Part shown: one piece after another, positions 30,951-39,418 of the stretch | How positions within the stretch are numbered: position 1 is the stretch's first letter | Layout: every line of letters starts with the position of its first letter | NCBI GenBank assembly: GCA_965230565.1 | Contig: CBDDLH010000016.1 | Location: 1,948,161 to 2,012,160 of the forward strand | Length of the DNA stretch: 64,000 nt | DNA from: Saprospiraceae bacterium | Lineage (GTDB): Bacteria; Bacteroidota; Bacteroidia; Chitinophagales; Saprospiraceae | Direction: 5' to 3' | Notes under the pieces: model-generated | What the model saw: only the letters and a program-made list of their open reading frames with translations | What the model was told of the DNA's origin: nothing | Database searches by the model: none | Made by a program: the position numbers and the translations under genes

Positions 30951-33050
30951 TTACAAGAGATCTTCTACTTCTGTATCTCCGAGGTTCAGTTCATTGGTCT
31001 TATCGATCAATTGCTGGATTACGGGTTGCTGCTGCTGACCGGCTTTTTTCTGCATTTGCAGTAAAAGAGTCATGAGGGTCAGATTCCTGATATCACTGTA
31101 GGATACGCCGAGACTGCCCAGCATATTCTTGAGTTGTGACGCCAGTCCTCCGTTGTTGAAGCTATTGCCGTTGAGCAATTTGCCTTTTACCTCGTTCAGA
31201 ACGGTTGAGTTACTTACAAATCCATCGATGGCCTTACCTCCACTTACAGCATTCATAATATTGCTGACAAAGGTCTGCTCACCGCCGATGATATCGATAT
31301 TGGCTTTCTTAAAGGCCTCACCGAGTACTCCTGCCTGAGCCTGGGAAATATCCCTTTGAGTTTCAATACTCGCCAGGGCAATTTCTTTCTCCTGCTCAAG
31401 GCGCAGACGGAACTCTTCGTGTTCCTTGCTGGTACCTTCAAGGTTCTTGAGGGCTTTGGCTTTCTCAGCCACACCTTTAGCTTCTGCCAACATCTTTTCT
31501 TCGAGAATTGAAGCTTCAGCTTTACCTTTTTCCTGCAATACTTCAGCCTCCATCTGTCCTTGCTTACGCAAAGCTTCGGTCTTGGCAGTAATACCCGCAG
31601 CTTCCGCTTCGGCTTTTTTCTCAATAACCACTGCTTCGAGCAATCCTTCCCTTTCCTTTGCTTTAGCCTTAGCTTCAATAACTTGAGCTTCTGACATACC
31701 GAGTGCGGCTTCTTCCGCTGCTTTTGCTTCTGCATTGATCTTTCTGGCTTCCGCTTCTTTCTCCGCAGCGTTTTTGGTTGCCTCTGCATCGATGAGCAAT
31801 GTCTCGGCATTAACTTCTGCAGCCAACTTGGTAGCTTCCGCTTCTTTCAGTTTTTCGATCAGATTGGATTCTCCGGTTTCTTCTGCTTTGATCACCGCTA
31901 CGTTCTTCGCACGATTGGCGGTGGCCAGTTCGCGGGTATCCTTGATCTTCTCTTCTTCCTCCACTGTCTTCTTCTCTACCATGATCCTGTCACGAATGAC
32001 ATCCTGGATATTCTTACGCTCCTGTTCGATTGCTCTTTGCTTCTCAATCTCCGCAAGGGCGATGATCCGCTCGCGTTCCGTTTGCTCAAGAGCACGGTCT
32101 TTCTCTACTCTTTCTGATTCTACGGCTTCGGCGCGTTCCTTATTTTTTGTAGCAATAACCACCTGGCGCATTTTCTGCTCTTCGGCAATGGCCAGTTCTT
32201 CTTCCGTTTTGATGCGGACCATTTCAGAGATCAGGCGCTGTTCCTCCTGGGTTTTAGCAATATCTGCTCCTTCACGAGCCTTGATATTGGCAACTTCCCT
32301 TTTCTGACGCTCCTCTTTTTCCGCTAACTGACGCTCGTATTCGAGGATAGCTTCACGAGCTTCCACGTTTTGTTCCTTTAGGGTTTTCTCTTCCTCTCTG
32401 CGAATGAAGTTGGCCTTCACTTTTTGTGCAGCAGTCAGCTCAATGATCTTTTTGATACCCTGGGCATCGAGAATATTGCTCTCACTAAGGAATTGTACAG
32501 GAGTTTGCTCGAGATAATCGATAGCGCAATCGTCCAAAACATAACCATTCAGGTCCGAACCGATGGTTTTGAGGATTTCCTGTTTGAAATTCTCCCGGTT
32601 ATCGTACAATTCTTCAAAATCGAAGCGTTTACCCACTGTTTTAAGTGCTTCTGAGAATTTGGCTTCAAAGAGGTTAAAAAGGGTCTGAGGGTCAGAGGCA
32701 CGGCTACATCCGATGGTTTGGGCCACCTTGATAACATCCTGTGCTGCCTGATTTACTCTTACGAAGAAGGCTACTTTGATATCTGCCCGGATATTATCCT
32801 TACAGATCAATCCGTCTGCCTGAAGTCGCTGGATCTCTACCTTTTTCACGGAAAGGTCCATTTCTTCCATAATGTGTAAAATGGGGATGACCATGATACC
32901 TTTGTCAAAGGCCACTTTGGCACCTCCGCTACCGGTACGAACAAGCGCTTTGCCTTGTTTGGTTTTTTTGTACCACCGGGCGATCATGGAAATGAATCCA
33001 AGAATCATGATGACAGCGATCGCTGCAGTTAAAATTAATACGTTGTTCAT
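30951..33050 (-). CDS. Flotillin-like SPFH/band-7 protein (YqiK/FloT family), unusually long (699 aa) with an extended E/A/K-rich coiled coil
   Basis: An N-terminal transmembrane helix, an SPFH domain (KKVEIQRLQADGLICKDNIRADIKVAFFVRV) and a long EA-repeat coiled-coil region are present. It lies directly downstream of an NfeD/YqiJ-like gene, as in yqiJK operons. Confidence 0.8.
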   Translation of the reverse strand: MNNVLILTAAIAVIMILGFISMIARWYKKTKQGKALVRTGSGGAKVAFDKGIMVIPILHIMEEMDLSVKKVEIQRLQADGLICKDNIRADIKVAFFVRVNQAAQDVIKVAQTIGCSRASDPQTLFNLFEAKFSEALKTVGKRFDFEELYDNRENFKQEILKTIGSDLNGYVLDDCAIDYLEQTPVQFLSESNILDAQGIKKIIELTAAQKVKANFIRREEEKTLKEQNVEAREAILEYERQLAEKEERQKREVANIKAREGADIAKTQEEQRLISEMVRIKTEEELAIAEEQKMRQVVIATKNKERAEAVESERVEKDRALEQTERERIIALAEIEKQRAIEQERKNIQDVIRDRIMVEKKTVEEEEKIKDTRELATANRAKNVAVIKAEETGESNLIEKLKEAEATKLAAEVNAETLLIDAEATKNAAEKEAEARKINAEAKAAEEAALGMSEAQVIEAKAKAKEREGLLEAVVIEKKAEAEAAGITAKTEALRKQGQMEAEVLQEKGKAEASILEEKMLAEAKGVAEKAKALKNLEGTSKEHEEFRLRLEQEKEIALASIETQRDISQAQAGVLGEAFKKANIDIIGGEQTFVSNIMNAVSGGKAIDGFVSNSTVLNEVKGKLLNGNSFNNGGLASQLKNMLGSLGVSYSDIRNLTLMTLLLQMQKKAGQQQQPVIQQLIDKTNELNLGDTEVEDLL

Positions 33051-33065
33051 TGATAAAAGATTTTT

Positions 33066-33155
33066 TCTGGTTACTTGTTACTGGTTTCTGGTTACTGGTT
33101 TCTGGTTGCTGGTTGCTGGTTGCTGGTTGCTGGTTGCTTGTACTGGTTACTGGTA
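33066..33155. repeat. CTGGTTR heptamer array (about 13 copies) filling the YqiJ-like/flotillin intergenic spacer
   Basis: The array reads ctggttacttgttactggtttctggttactggtttctggttgctggttgctggttgctggttgctggttgcttgtactggttactggtact. It abuts the stop codon of the upstream gene at 33156-33158. Confidence 0.9.
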
Positions 33156-33842
33156 CTAAACAACACCCGGATCCCTTACATAATAGAGTCCTGCGGTTTT
33201 GTCTTCACTCACTACAATGGCTTTATGGTTTTTCTTTAAAGTTGGTTCACCTTCTGCGAGTTTTATGGTTATGAGCAGACTGGTATGGTTTTCAAGTATT
33301 ACCTCGGCCTGGCCTTTTTCACCGGGTTTAAGATCAAATAACAGCTTACATTCCATGCCAACATAGTCCACTGGTTTTTCCCCTTTGTCCATCCGTTCAA
33401 ACATTGGGATTAAGGGGCTGGTCAGTAGCTTAGTGATAATGAGTCCTAAAAACACATTGGGGATCAATAATGCAAGGGCCATGCCCCATGAAGGGCCGAA
33501 CTCCTTTTGTAAATAAACACTGACCAACCACATCACAAGGGAGGTTATCGTCCAGATGATCATAAATGGAATTCTGCCAAAATTGAAAAATTGCAAGGCA
33601 CTAACAAACCAACCTGTGGATACTCCGGCATCTGCATCAATATCTGTATCCAAGTCAGCGTCGACGTCAACATCGATATCCATATCTATGTCGACATCAG
33701 CGTCGACATCCACATCGAAATCAAAAGCGTCCATACTTAATGCTCCAAGAATCACACTAAACCAATACACTAATGCCAACAGCAATAAAATAGTGTAAAA
33801 CAGGTTCACCCCGGAAAAAGCCATGTTGATTAATTCTTGCAT
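33156..33842 (-). CDS. NfeD/YqiJ-like (DUF1449-type) membrane protein, flotillin partner, with an embedded alternating (D-V/I)n acidic tract
   Basis: It has N-terminal and central transmembrane helices and a C-terminal OB-fold-like soluble part, upstream of flotillin. A roughly 35-aa tract DAFDFDVDVDADVDIDMDIDVDVDADLDTDIDADAG sits between the transmembrane regions. Confidence 0.6.
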   Translation of the reverse strand: MQELINMAFSGVNLFYTILLLLALVYWFSVILGALSMDAFDFDVDVDADVDIDMDIDVDVDADLDTDIDADAGVSTGWFVSALQFFNFGRIPFMIIWTITSLVMWLVSVYLQKEFGPSWGMALALLIPNVFLGLIITKLLTSPLIPMFERMDKGEKPVDYVGMECKLLFDLKPGEKGQAEVILENHTSLLITIKLAEGEPTLKKNHKAIVVSEDKTAGLYYVRDPGVV

Positions 33843-34490
33843 TTATATTGTTTTTTGACCAATCGTATTGATAATTTTTTTGACCCGATTAAGACCTCCG
33901 AGGTTTTTTTAACTTCGGAGGTCTGGTTTTTTGGGGCGGGGTACAGCTTTTATTTGGTTTTTTGCTTCCATTTAAGCTTTCGCCAATGAAAAATCTTTTT
34001 CAGTTCACCATACCCCAATAATCTCCAGGGGGTCATTGTGACAAATGATCCAAATTGGACAAAGGAGTCCTGTTCGATCTTCGGATGTAATCTCGGGAGC
34101 CTGCATTTGTAGACTAATCGCGCCATTGGGGTAAATGTTACCCTCCGGCATGGAAATTTTCCGTCGATTTAATACAAATCAGGCTGTAAACAGTCGGGAT
34201 AAGAAAGAATTGGAAATTACTTTAGAAAAAGCTTCCATCTTCATCTGGTTTATTGGATCATAGTGTTAAAAAGTGTTAAGTTTTTTGCGATTATACCACG
34301 AATAAGCAGTTTTTGTCGATAAGGTGCGACTTTCATCGGCGAGCGTCCAGAGAATTTCTACAAAAGTTAAAAAAGGATTGACGGTGGAAGGAAGACGATG
34401 GACGGTGGACGGCCTACGGAAAACGACGAACGATATACGGTGGACGGCCTACGGTGTACGATTCCCTTCTGAAGGCTGTGGACTGATACC

Positions 34491-36584
34491 TTATTTCACT
34501 GCAAACTTGGTATTTAAGGCAATAAAAAAGGAACGACCCCATGAAACGGGAACACTACCGCCGCCACCTCCGTGGGAACCTCCTGATTGTTCCATGAAAT
34601 TAACATCTCTTATATTGAGCATGTTTTTTGCTCCAACGATCAACTTGATGTTATCCTTTAAGAATGCCTTGGAAATATTGGCATCTACAAGCGTGTAACC
34701 ATCCCGTACATTTTGAAGAATTACAGGGTTTCCCTGATCATCAACATCTGAGAAATAGTTGATGCGTTTGTCGTAGTTGCGAGCCATCAGGTTAATATCT
34801 ATCCTTGGCCGAGGGAAATGATATTTGAGTTGGGCACTGCTTTCCACCAAAAAACTGAACGGCGGCACTTCTGTGAAATCACCGGACAGCAGGTTAAATC
34901 GTCCTATTCCGGTAATTCCGAAATTCACATCCAAATTATTCCATTGGCCTTTGAAACGAGCAGTACTTCCCAGGCTTTTAAAGCGATTTTGGTTAAAATA
35001 GGTGTATTCTACGGTTCCGGTGGAAGGCACTACTTGTCCGTCGATCACGGCAAATTCAAACAGGTCGATCTTGTTTTTAATATCATTGAAGAATAATGTT
35101 AATTCAGTTGACACTTTTTGCCTACGGTAGCTCAATACCGCCTGAATATTATCAGAAACTTCCGCCTTTAATTCCGGATTACCTACAATATAATGGTTGA
35201 AGTCTACAAAATAATAAAACAACTCCTTCAAGGTAGGACTTCGAAAGCCTTTGGCATAAGAAAGTCTCAGGGACAAGTTTTCCTTAAAATCGTATTTTAA
35301 ATTCAGAGATGGAATTACGGGAGCATCATAACGCGTATTTTGGGTAACCCTCAGACCGGATTGTATCTCCAGCTTTTTGGCCGGCCTGTAATTCAGGTTG
35401 GCGAAAAAAGCATAATCTCCGGCATAGCTAAACTGAGGTCGATCACTTTCCTCATCGGCAATTTTTCGGCCAAAGGCTGTTTCCTGATTGAGGTCTACGC
35501 CGATTTGGAAGTTCAATTTGCCATTAAACTTACTGGCCAAAACCGAGCGCAGCATATAAGCTTCGTAGAGGATAGTATCTGTTTCTGTTTCAACCGGAAT
35601 ATTTTCATTCGTCTCAAACTCATGCCTGAAGGTAGATTTTTTCCGGTCAAAGGCGTTATACCCCATGGTAGTTTTGAGGTAAAATTTATCCATTACCGTC
35701 CCTTCGTGAAACAAGGCATGGGAAAACCTTTTGGTATCATAAAAATCATCATAAGCATAAGGCTTAAATTGAGGGCGTCTTTGGTCTCCCAGGTTCTCTA
35801 CCTGTTCTGAAAAAGATGAAAAGGTGTAGGAAATTACATTATCATCCTTCAGGTAATATTTAAGTAAGGCATTTCCTGCCCATTTTTCTTTTGGGTTCCA
35901 AAGTAAATTTCTTCCGTCTTCAGTAAGAGGTCCGAATCCTTCAAAATTGAAATGTTCTCCATTCAGTCTGAGCAGTAATTTGGGTGAAATTCTTATTCCT
36001 GACCACAAACTGGCCGTCAAAGCTCCCGGATTTTCATAACGGGATTTCAAACCTATCTCAAACTTATTCAGTTGAGACTTTTTAGTGATCAGATTGATAA
36101 CTCCACCAAGCGCATTGGTCCCAAAATTAACAGACAAAGGCCCTTCAACAATCTCAATTCGTTCTACATTCTCCAACGGGAGCTGACTCAGGTCAATATT
36201 ATCCCCACTCCTGCCGATCACCGGTACGCCATCGATCATGATCTTTATATTCTGACCACTGACCCCCTGTAGACTCAAACTGCTTCCCAAAATCAAATCA
36301 TTGGACACACTGATGTTGGACTCCATATTTAATAACTCCCCAAGATCATTGGCATTCCTTCTGGTGATCTCCTCATTTTTGATCACTCTAACCTTATGGA
36401 TGGCCTTTTTGGAATCGGTGGGCGCATATTGTGCAGTTACGACAATATCCTCAGGTTGGAAATAAATGGCTATGGTATCCTGTGAATCGGGCTGGGCTGC
36501 TAATACGGAGGGTAGTATTATCAAAATAAAACTGAAGAAAAATAACTTATGGAGCAACTCAGAAAAACGAGGAGAAATAGTCAT
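34491..36584 (-). CDS. TonB-dependent outer-membrane receptor (plug + beta-barrel); HmuR-like heme receptor candidate
   Basis: It has a signal peptide, a TonB box (EDIVVTAQ), a plug domain (IEIVEGPLSVNFGTNALGGVINLITK) and a roughly 600-aa barrel. An HmuY-like gene lies immediately upstream. Confidence 0.85.
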   Translation of the reverse strand: MTISPRFSELLHKLFFFSFILIILPSVLAAQPDSQDTIAIYFQPEDIVVTAQYAPTDSKKAIHKVRVIKNEEITRRNANDLGELLNMESNISVSNDLILGSSLSLQGVSGQNIKIMIDGVPVIGRSGDNIDLSQLPLENVERIEIVEGPLSVNFGTNALGGVINLITKKSQLNKFEIGLKSRYENPGALTASLWSGIRISPKLLLRLNGEHFNFEGFGPLTEDGRNLLWNPKEKWAGNALLKYYLKDDNVISYTFSSFSEQVENLGDQRRPQFKPYAYDDFYDTKRFSHALFHEGTVMDKFYLKTTMGYNAFDRKKSTFRHEFETNENIPVETETDTILYEAYMLRSVLASKFNGKLNFQIGVDLNQETAFGRKIADEESDRPQFSYAGDYAFFANLNYRPAKKLEIQSGLRVTQNTRYDAPVIPSLNLKYDFKENLSLRLSYAKGFRSPTLKELFYYFVDFNHYIVGNPELKAEVSDNIQAVLSYRRQKVSTELTLFFNDIKNKIDLFEFAVIDGQVVPSTGTVEYTYFNQNRFKSLGSTARFKGQWNNLDVNFGITGIGRFNLLSGDFTEVPPFSFLVESSAQLKYHFPRPRIDINLMARNYDKRINYFSDVDDQGNPVILQNVRDGYTLVDANISKAFLKDNIKLIVGAKNMLNIRDVNFMEQSGGSHGGGGGSVPVSWGRSFFIALNTKFAVK

Positions 36585-36706
36585 CAGGTGAGAAATGATT
36601 TTTTTAAAGATGCCTCGTAGTTCCGATTTTCAGGTGCACCTTGAAAACCGAAACTACTAAGACACTAAAGAACAGTTTTATCTTTAAGCCTAAAAAGCAA
36701 AAGGCT

Positions 36707-37981
36707 TTATTGTTTTATCAACTTCGTAGAGGTTTGTCGCCCTCCTATATCTATAGTCAGGGTATACAAACCGGCAGGAAAATCCAATCCATTAAACTCA
36801 TAGACGTTTAATCCGGCAACACCATCTTTTCGGGTTTGCCAAACAACTTTCCCTGTCATATCCATGATATATATATTAAATGGAGACGCTTGTTCTCTCA
36901 GCTCCAGGCTTAGCACAAAATGATCCTGAACCGGATTTGGAAACACCCCAAAGGTTGCAACATTTCCAGTCGGGTCCTGGACATCAACAGTTCCGAGATC
37001 TTCCACTTGAAAAGTAGCCGTCCCCGTTGATGAACCTTCAAAATCAATAAAGATCATTTTCCACAAATGTTCATCGGTTGTTTTTACGAAATAAGACAGG
37101 GAATCCTCGATCACCCAGGATAATGCTCCCAAATTAAAATACTTCCAGGTGTGGCCAATTAAGTCCAGTTTCGAATCATAGTCATCCACATAGTCCTCAG
37201 GATTGGTTTCGTATTGTGGAACACCCTCCGCCACTGCGACCTGGGTGCCTGGTCCGGTCAATACACCTGCCACCGTATAATTGATAATCTGCCCTCCTCC
37301 TGCATCCAGCGGAGTGATGTATCTGGAGAACAACAAATCCCAGCTCTGAGGACTTTCAACTACTTCAGCGGTTTCAAAAGAGAAAAAGGCCAATGGGCTA
37401 TCGAATTGCGCTCCATCAATGGTTACTACTGATTCATTATTTCCGTCCAGGTCGGCATAGGTAAAGGTGTAAACACCTGAAATGAGGGAGGTGATTTCGA
37501 ATTTACGATAGGTGTTATCTCTCAATTTTATTACAAAAACCTTATTTCCGTTTACGGAGTGATCCACAGGGTTATAAACTCCCCAGCCAAAGTCAAGCTG
37601 ATTCTCCGGATCTCTTACACTATTTAAAGCGCCTTCATCCCAGCTTTCTTCCGGATTGTAAAGCGTATCGGTTATCGCCTCAAGGTCAATTGTTTCGTCC
37701 CATGAATCTACCTGGGCCAGGTAAAGCTCTAACTTAGGAGCTTCTCCCGTAAATGAAGCAGGAACAGCTTCATTATAATGAATGCCGACGGAAAATGCAC
37801 CTTCTACGGAAAATGCCAGATCCCAGCTTTCGTTGGCCAGATTTTCGGCAGAAAGGTCGCTAAAACGAAAATAAGCCTGCTCACTGTAATTTGGGCCAAA
37901 AGAGGCTTGTCCGTATTCCTGGGCAGATAGAACGCTGGCAAATAATATTAGGTTGAGTGTTAATGTAAATATTCTGTTCAT
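36707..37981 (-). CDS. Secreted protein with two HmuY-like repeats (WDLAF / WDLLF) and a T9SS C-terminal sorting domain; putative hemophore
   Basis: It has a signal peptide, duplicated WDL[AL]F motifs characteristic of the HmuY family as I recall it, and a C-terminal FGVFPNPVQDHFVLSL...LYTLTIDIGGRQTSTKLIKQ domain. It lies upstream of, and co-oriented with, the TonB receptor. Confidence 0.5.
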   Translation of the reverse strand: MNRIFTLTLNLILFASVLSAQEYGQASFGPNYSEQAYFRFSDLSAENLANESWDLAFSVEGAFSVGIHYNEAVPASFTGEAPKLELYLAQVDSWDETIDLEAITDTLYNPEESWDEGALNSVRDPENQLDFGWGVYNPVDHSVNGNKVFVIKLRDNTYRKFEITSLISGVYTFTYADLDGNNESVVTIDGAQFDSPLAFFSFETAEVVESPQSWDLLFSRYITPLDAGGGQIINYTVAGVLTGPGTQVAVAEGVPQYETNPEDYVDDYDSKLDLIGHTWKYFNLGALSWVIEDSLSYFVKTTDEHLWKMIFIDFEGSSTGTATFQVEDLGTVDVQDPTGNVATFGVFPNPVQDHFVLSLELREQASPFNIYIMDMTGKVVWQTRKDGVAGLNVYEFNGLDFPAGLYTLTIDIGGRQTSTKLIKQ

Positions 37982-38099
37982 TATTAAAATTTTGCTAATT
38001 ACTTAAATCAGCCGCAAATATATCAAGACAAAAAACTCTAGAAAGTCAATTCATACTTTGTGACACAACCCTGACGAGGAATTGACAATGATATGACAA

Positions 38100-38806
38100 A
38101 AGGGGGAAAGCCACGAATGCACGAATGATGAGTGGGAATATTTCACGAATAGATGAGCCACGAATACACGAATGAGGAGGGGAATATTTCACGAATAGAT
38201 GAGCCACGAATGCACGAATGATGAGGGGGAATAGTTCACGAATAGATGAGCCACCAATACACGAATGAGGAGGGGAATATTTCACGAATAGATGAGCCAC
38301 GAATGCACGAATGATGAGTGGGAATATTTCACGAATAGATGAGCCACGAATACACGAATGACGAGGGGAATATTTCACGAATAGATGAGCCACGAATGCA
38401 CGAATGATGAGGGGGAATAGTTCACGAATAGATGAGCCACCAATACACGAATGAGGAGGGGGAATAGTTTCACGAATAGATGAGCCACGAATGCACGAAT
38501 GATGAGTGGGAATATTTCACGAATAGATGAGCCACGAATACACGAATGAGGAGGAATAGATGAGCCACGGATGAGGGGGAATAGCCACACGAATAGATTG
38601 AGCCACGAATACACGAATGAGGAGGGGGAATAGTTTACGAATAGATGAGCCACCAATACACGAATGAGTGAGGGGGAATATTTCACGAATAGCACGAATG
38701 AGAGGGGGAATATTCTCACGAATAGATGAGCCACCAATACACGAATGAGGAGGGGGAATATTTCACGAATAGATGAGCCACCAATACACGAATGCACGAA
38801 TAGAAA
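38100..38806. repeat. Minisatellite: about 15 tandem copies of a 46/47-bp unit (GAGCCACGAATRCACGAATGANGAGNGGGAATATTTCACGAATAGAT) organised in a 186/188-bp higher-order repeat of four units
   Basis: Direct reading shows the copy boundaries of the 4-unit repeat at 38111, 38297 and 38485, i.e. a period of 186-188 bp. Each unit contains three CACGAAT sub-motifs. There are no unique spacers. Confidence 0.9.
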
Positions 38807-38915
38807 TCAAGGATAAATGAGATTACATTAATTTATAATGGTTATTTGGAATTATTTTTTTTGGAAACAGGTTTATTCAATTACCCAATTTTTTAACCAT
38901 TTGAAAATTAATAGT

Positions 38916-39290
38916 ATGAATCAAATTATCTACCCTGAAAAAAGTTATGACATTATTGGAAAGTGTTTTGAAGTACACAATCAACTTGGTGCCGGTTTTT
39001 TGGAAATAGTTTATAAAGATGCTTTAGAATTTGAATTCAGAAAAGCAGGTATTCCTTTCGAAAGAGAAAAAGAATATCTCGTTAATTATAAAGGCGTTAT
39101 TCTACCGCACAAATTTTATGCTGACTTTGTCGTTTTTGGAAACATAATCCTGGAGGTAAAAGCCATTTCGGAAATCCCGGACTTTGCAATTGCACAGGCA
39201 ATTAATTACCTTAAAGTCTCCAATAATAAACTGGCTCTGATAGTCAATTTCGGAGAACCGAAACTCTGCTATAAAAGAATAGTAAGATAA
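38916..39290 (+). CDS. GxxExxY-family protein (PD-(D/E)XK nuclease superfamily, PF13366-like), 125 aa
   Basis: The motif GAGFLEIVY is the eponymous GxxExxY. The length and the downstream acidic/Lys pattern (EVKAISEIPDFAIAQAINYLK) fit the family. The start is moved to MNQIIYPEK, because the ORF-track start at 38838 lies in repeat-adjacent junk. Confidence 0.7.
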   Translation: MNQIIYPEKSYDIIGKCFEVHNQLGAGFLEIVYKDALEFEFRKAGIPFEREKEYLVNYKGVILPHKFYADFVVFGNIILEVKAISEIPDFAIAQAINYLKVSNNKLALIVNFGEPKLCYKRIVR

Positions 39291-39349
39291 ATGTAAATCA
39301 TTATTGAAAATGCCCTGAATGCAAAAATGGAACAACAATTAATAATTAT

Positions 39350-39418
39350 TCGCCGATTCGTGAATCTTTATTCGTGCAATTTCCTTCAAAAGTTATTCGT
39401 GTATTCGTGGCTTCATCT
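39350..39418. repeat. Inverted partial copy of the CACGAAT minisatellite (4 ATTCGTG motifs) on the far side of the GxxExxY gene
   Basis: tattcgtgtattcgtggcttcatct is the reverse complement of the repeat-unit segment agatgagccacgaatacacgaata with 2 mismatches. It abuts or overlaps the stop of the 39418..41454 gene. Confidence 0.75.

Noticed and set aside
31253-31810. 185-aa K/R-rich minus-strand ORF in an alternative frame inside the flotillin gene, plus several plus-strand Ser/Ala-rich ORFs (31426-32307)
   Set aside because: These are frame-shifted readings of the GAA/GCT-rich coiled-coil codon repeats of flotillin. The flotillin frame is the one with the recognisable SPFH domain.
33050-33274. 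Plus-strand 74-aa ORF (LLVTGFWLLVSGCWLLVAGCWLLV...)
   Set aside because: It is a translation artefact of the CTGGTTR heptamer array (3 x 7 = 21 nt gives a 7-aa pseudo-repeat) and overlaps the real minus-strand NfeD-like gene.
34324-34698. 124-aa plus-strand ORF overlapping the 3' end of the TonB receptor gene
   Set aside because: It overlaps a well-supported gene on the opposite strand and runs through direct-repeat DNA, with no motif.
38046-38797. Two minus-strand ORFs (115 and 140 aa) running through the CACGAAT minisatellite, encoding a 31-aa repeat HLFVKYSPPHSCIRGSSIREIFPLIIRAFVA
   Set aside because: The open frame is a by-product of the 93-bp (2-unit) periodicity. The two ORFs are in different frames because of a 1-2 nt indel in the repeat, there is no plausible start context or signal, and the amino-acid composition is unlike real repeat proteins. 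They are treated as non-coding.
38100-38806. CRISPR array?
   Set aside because: The units are 46/47 bp and near-identical with no unique spacers. The structure is a higher-order satellite, and there are no cas genes in the window.
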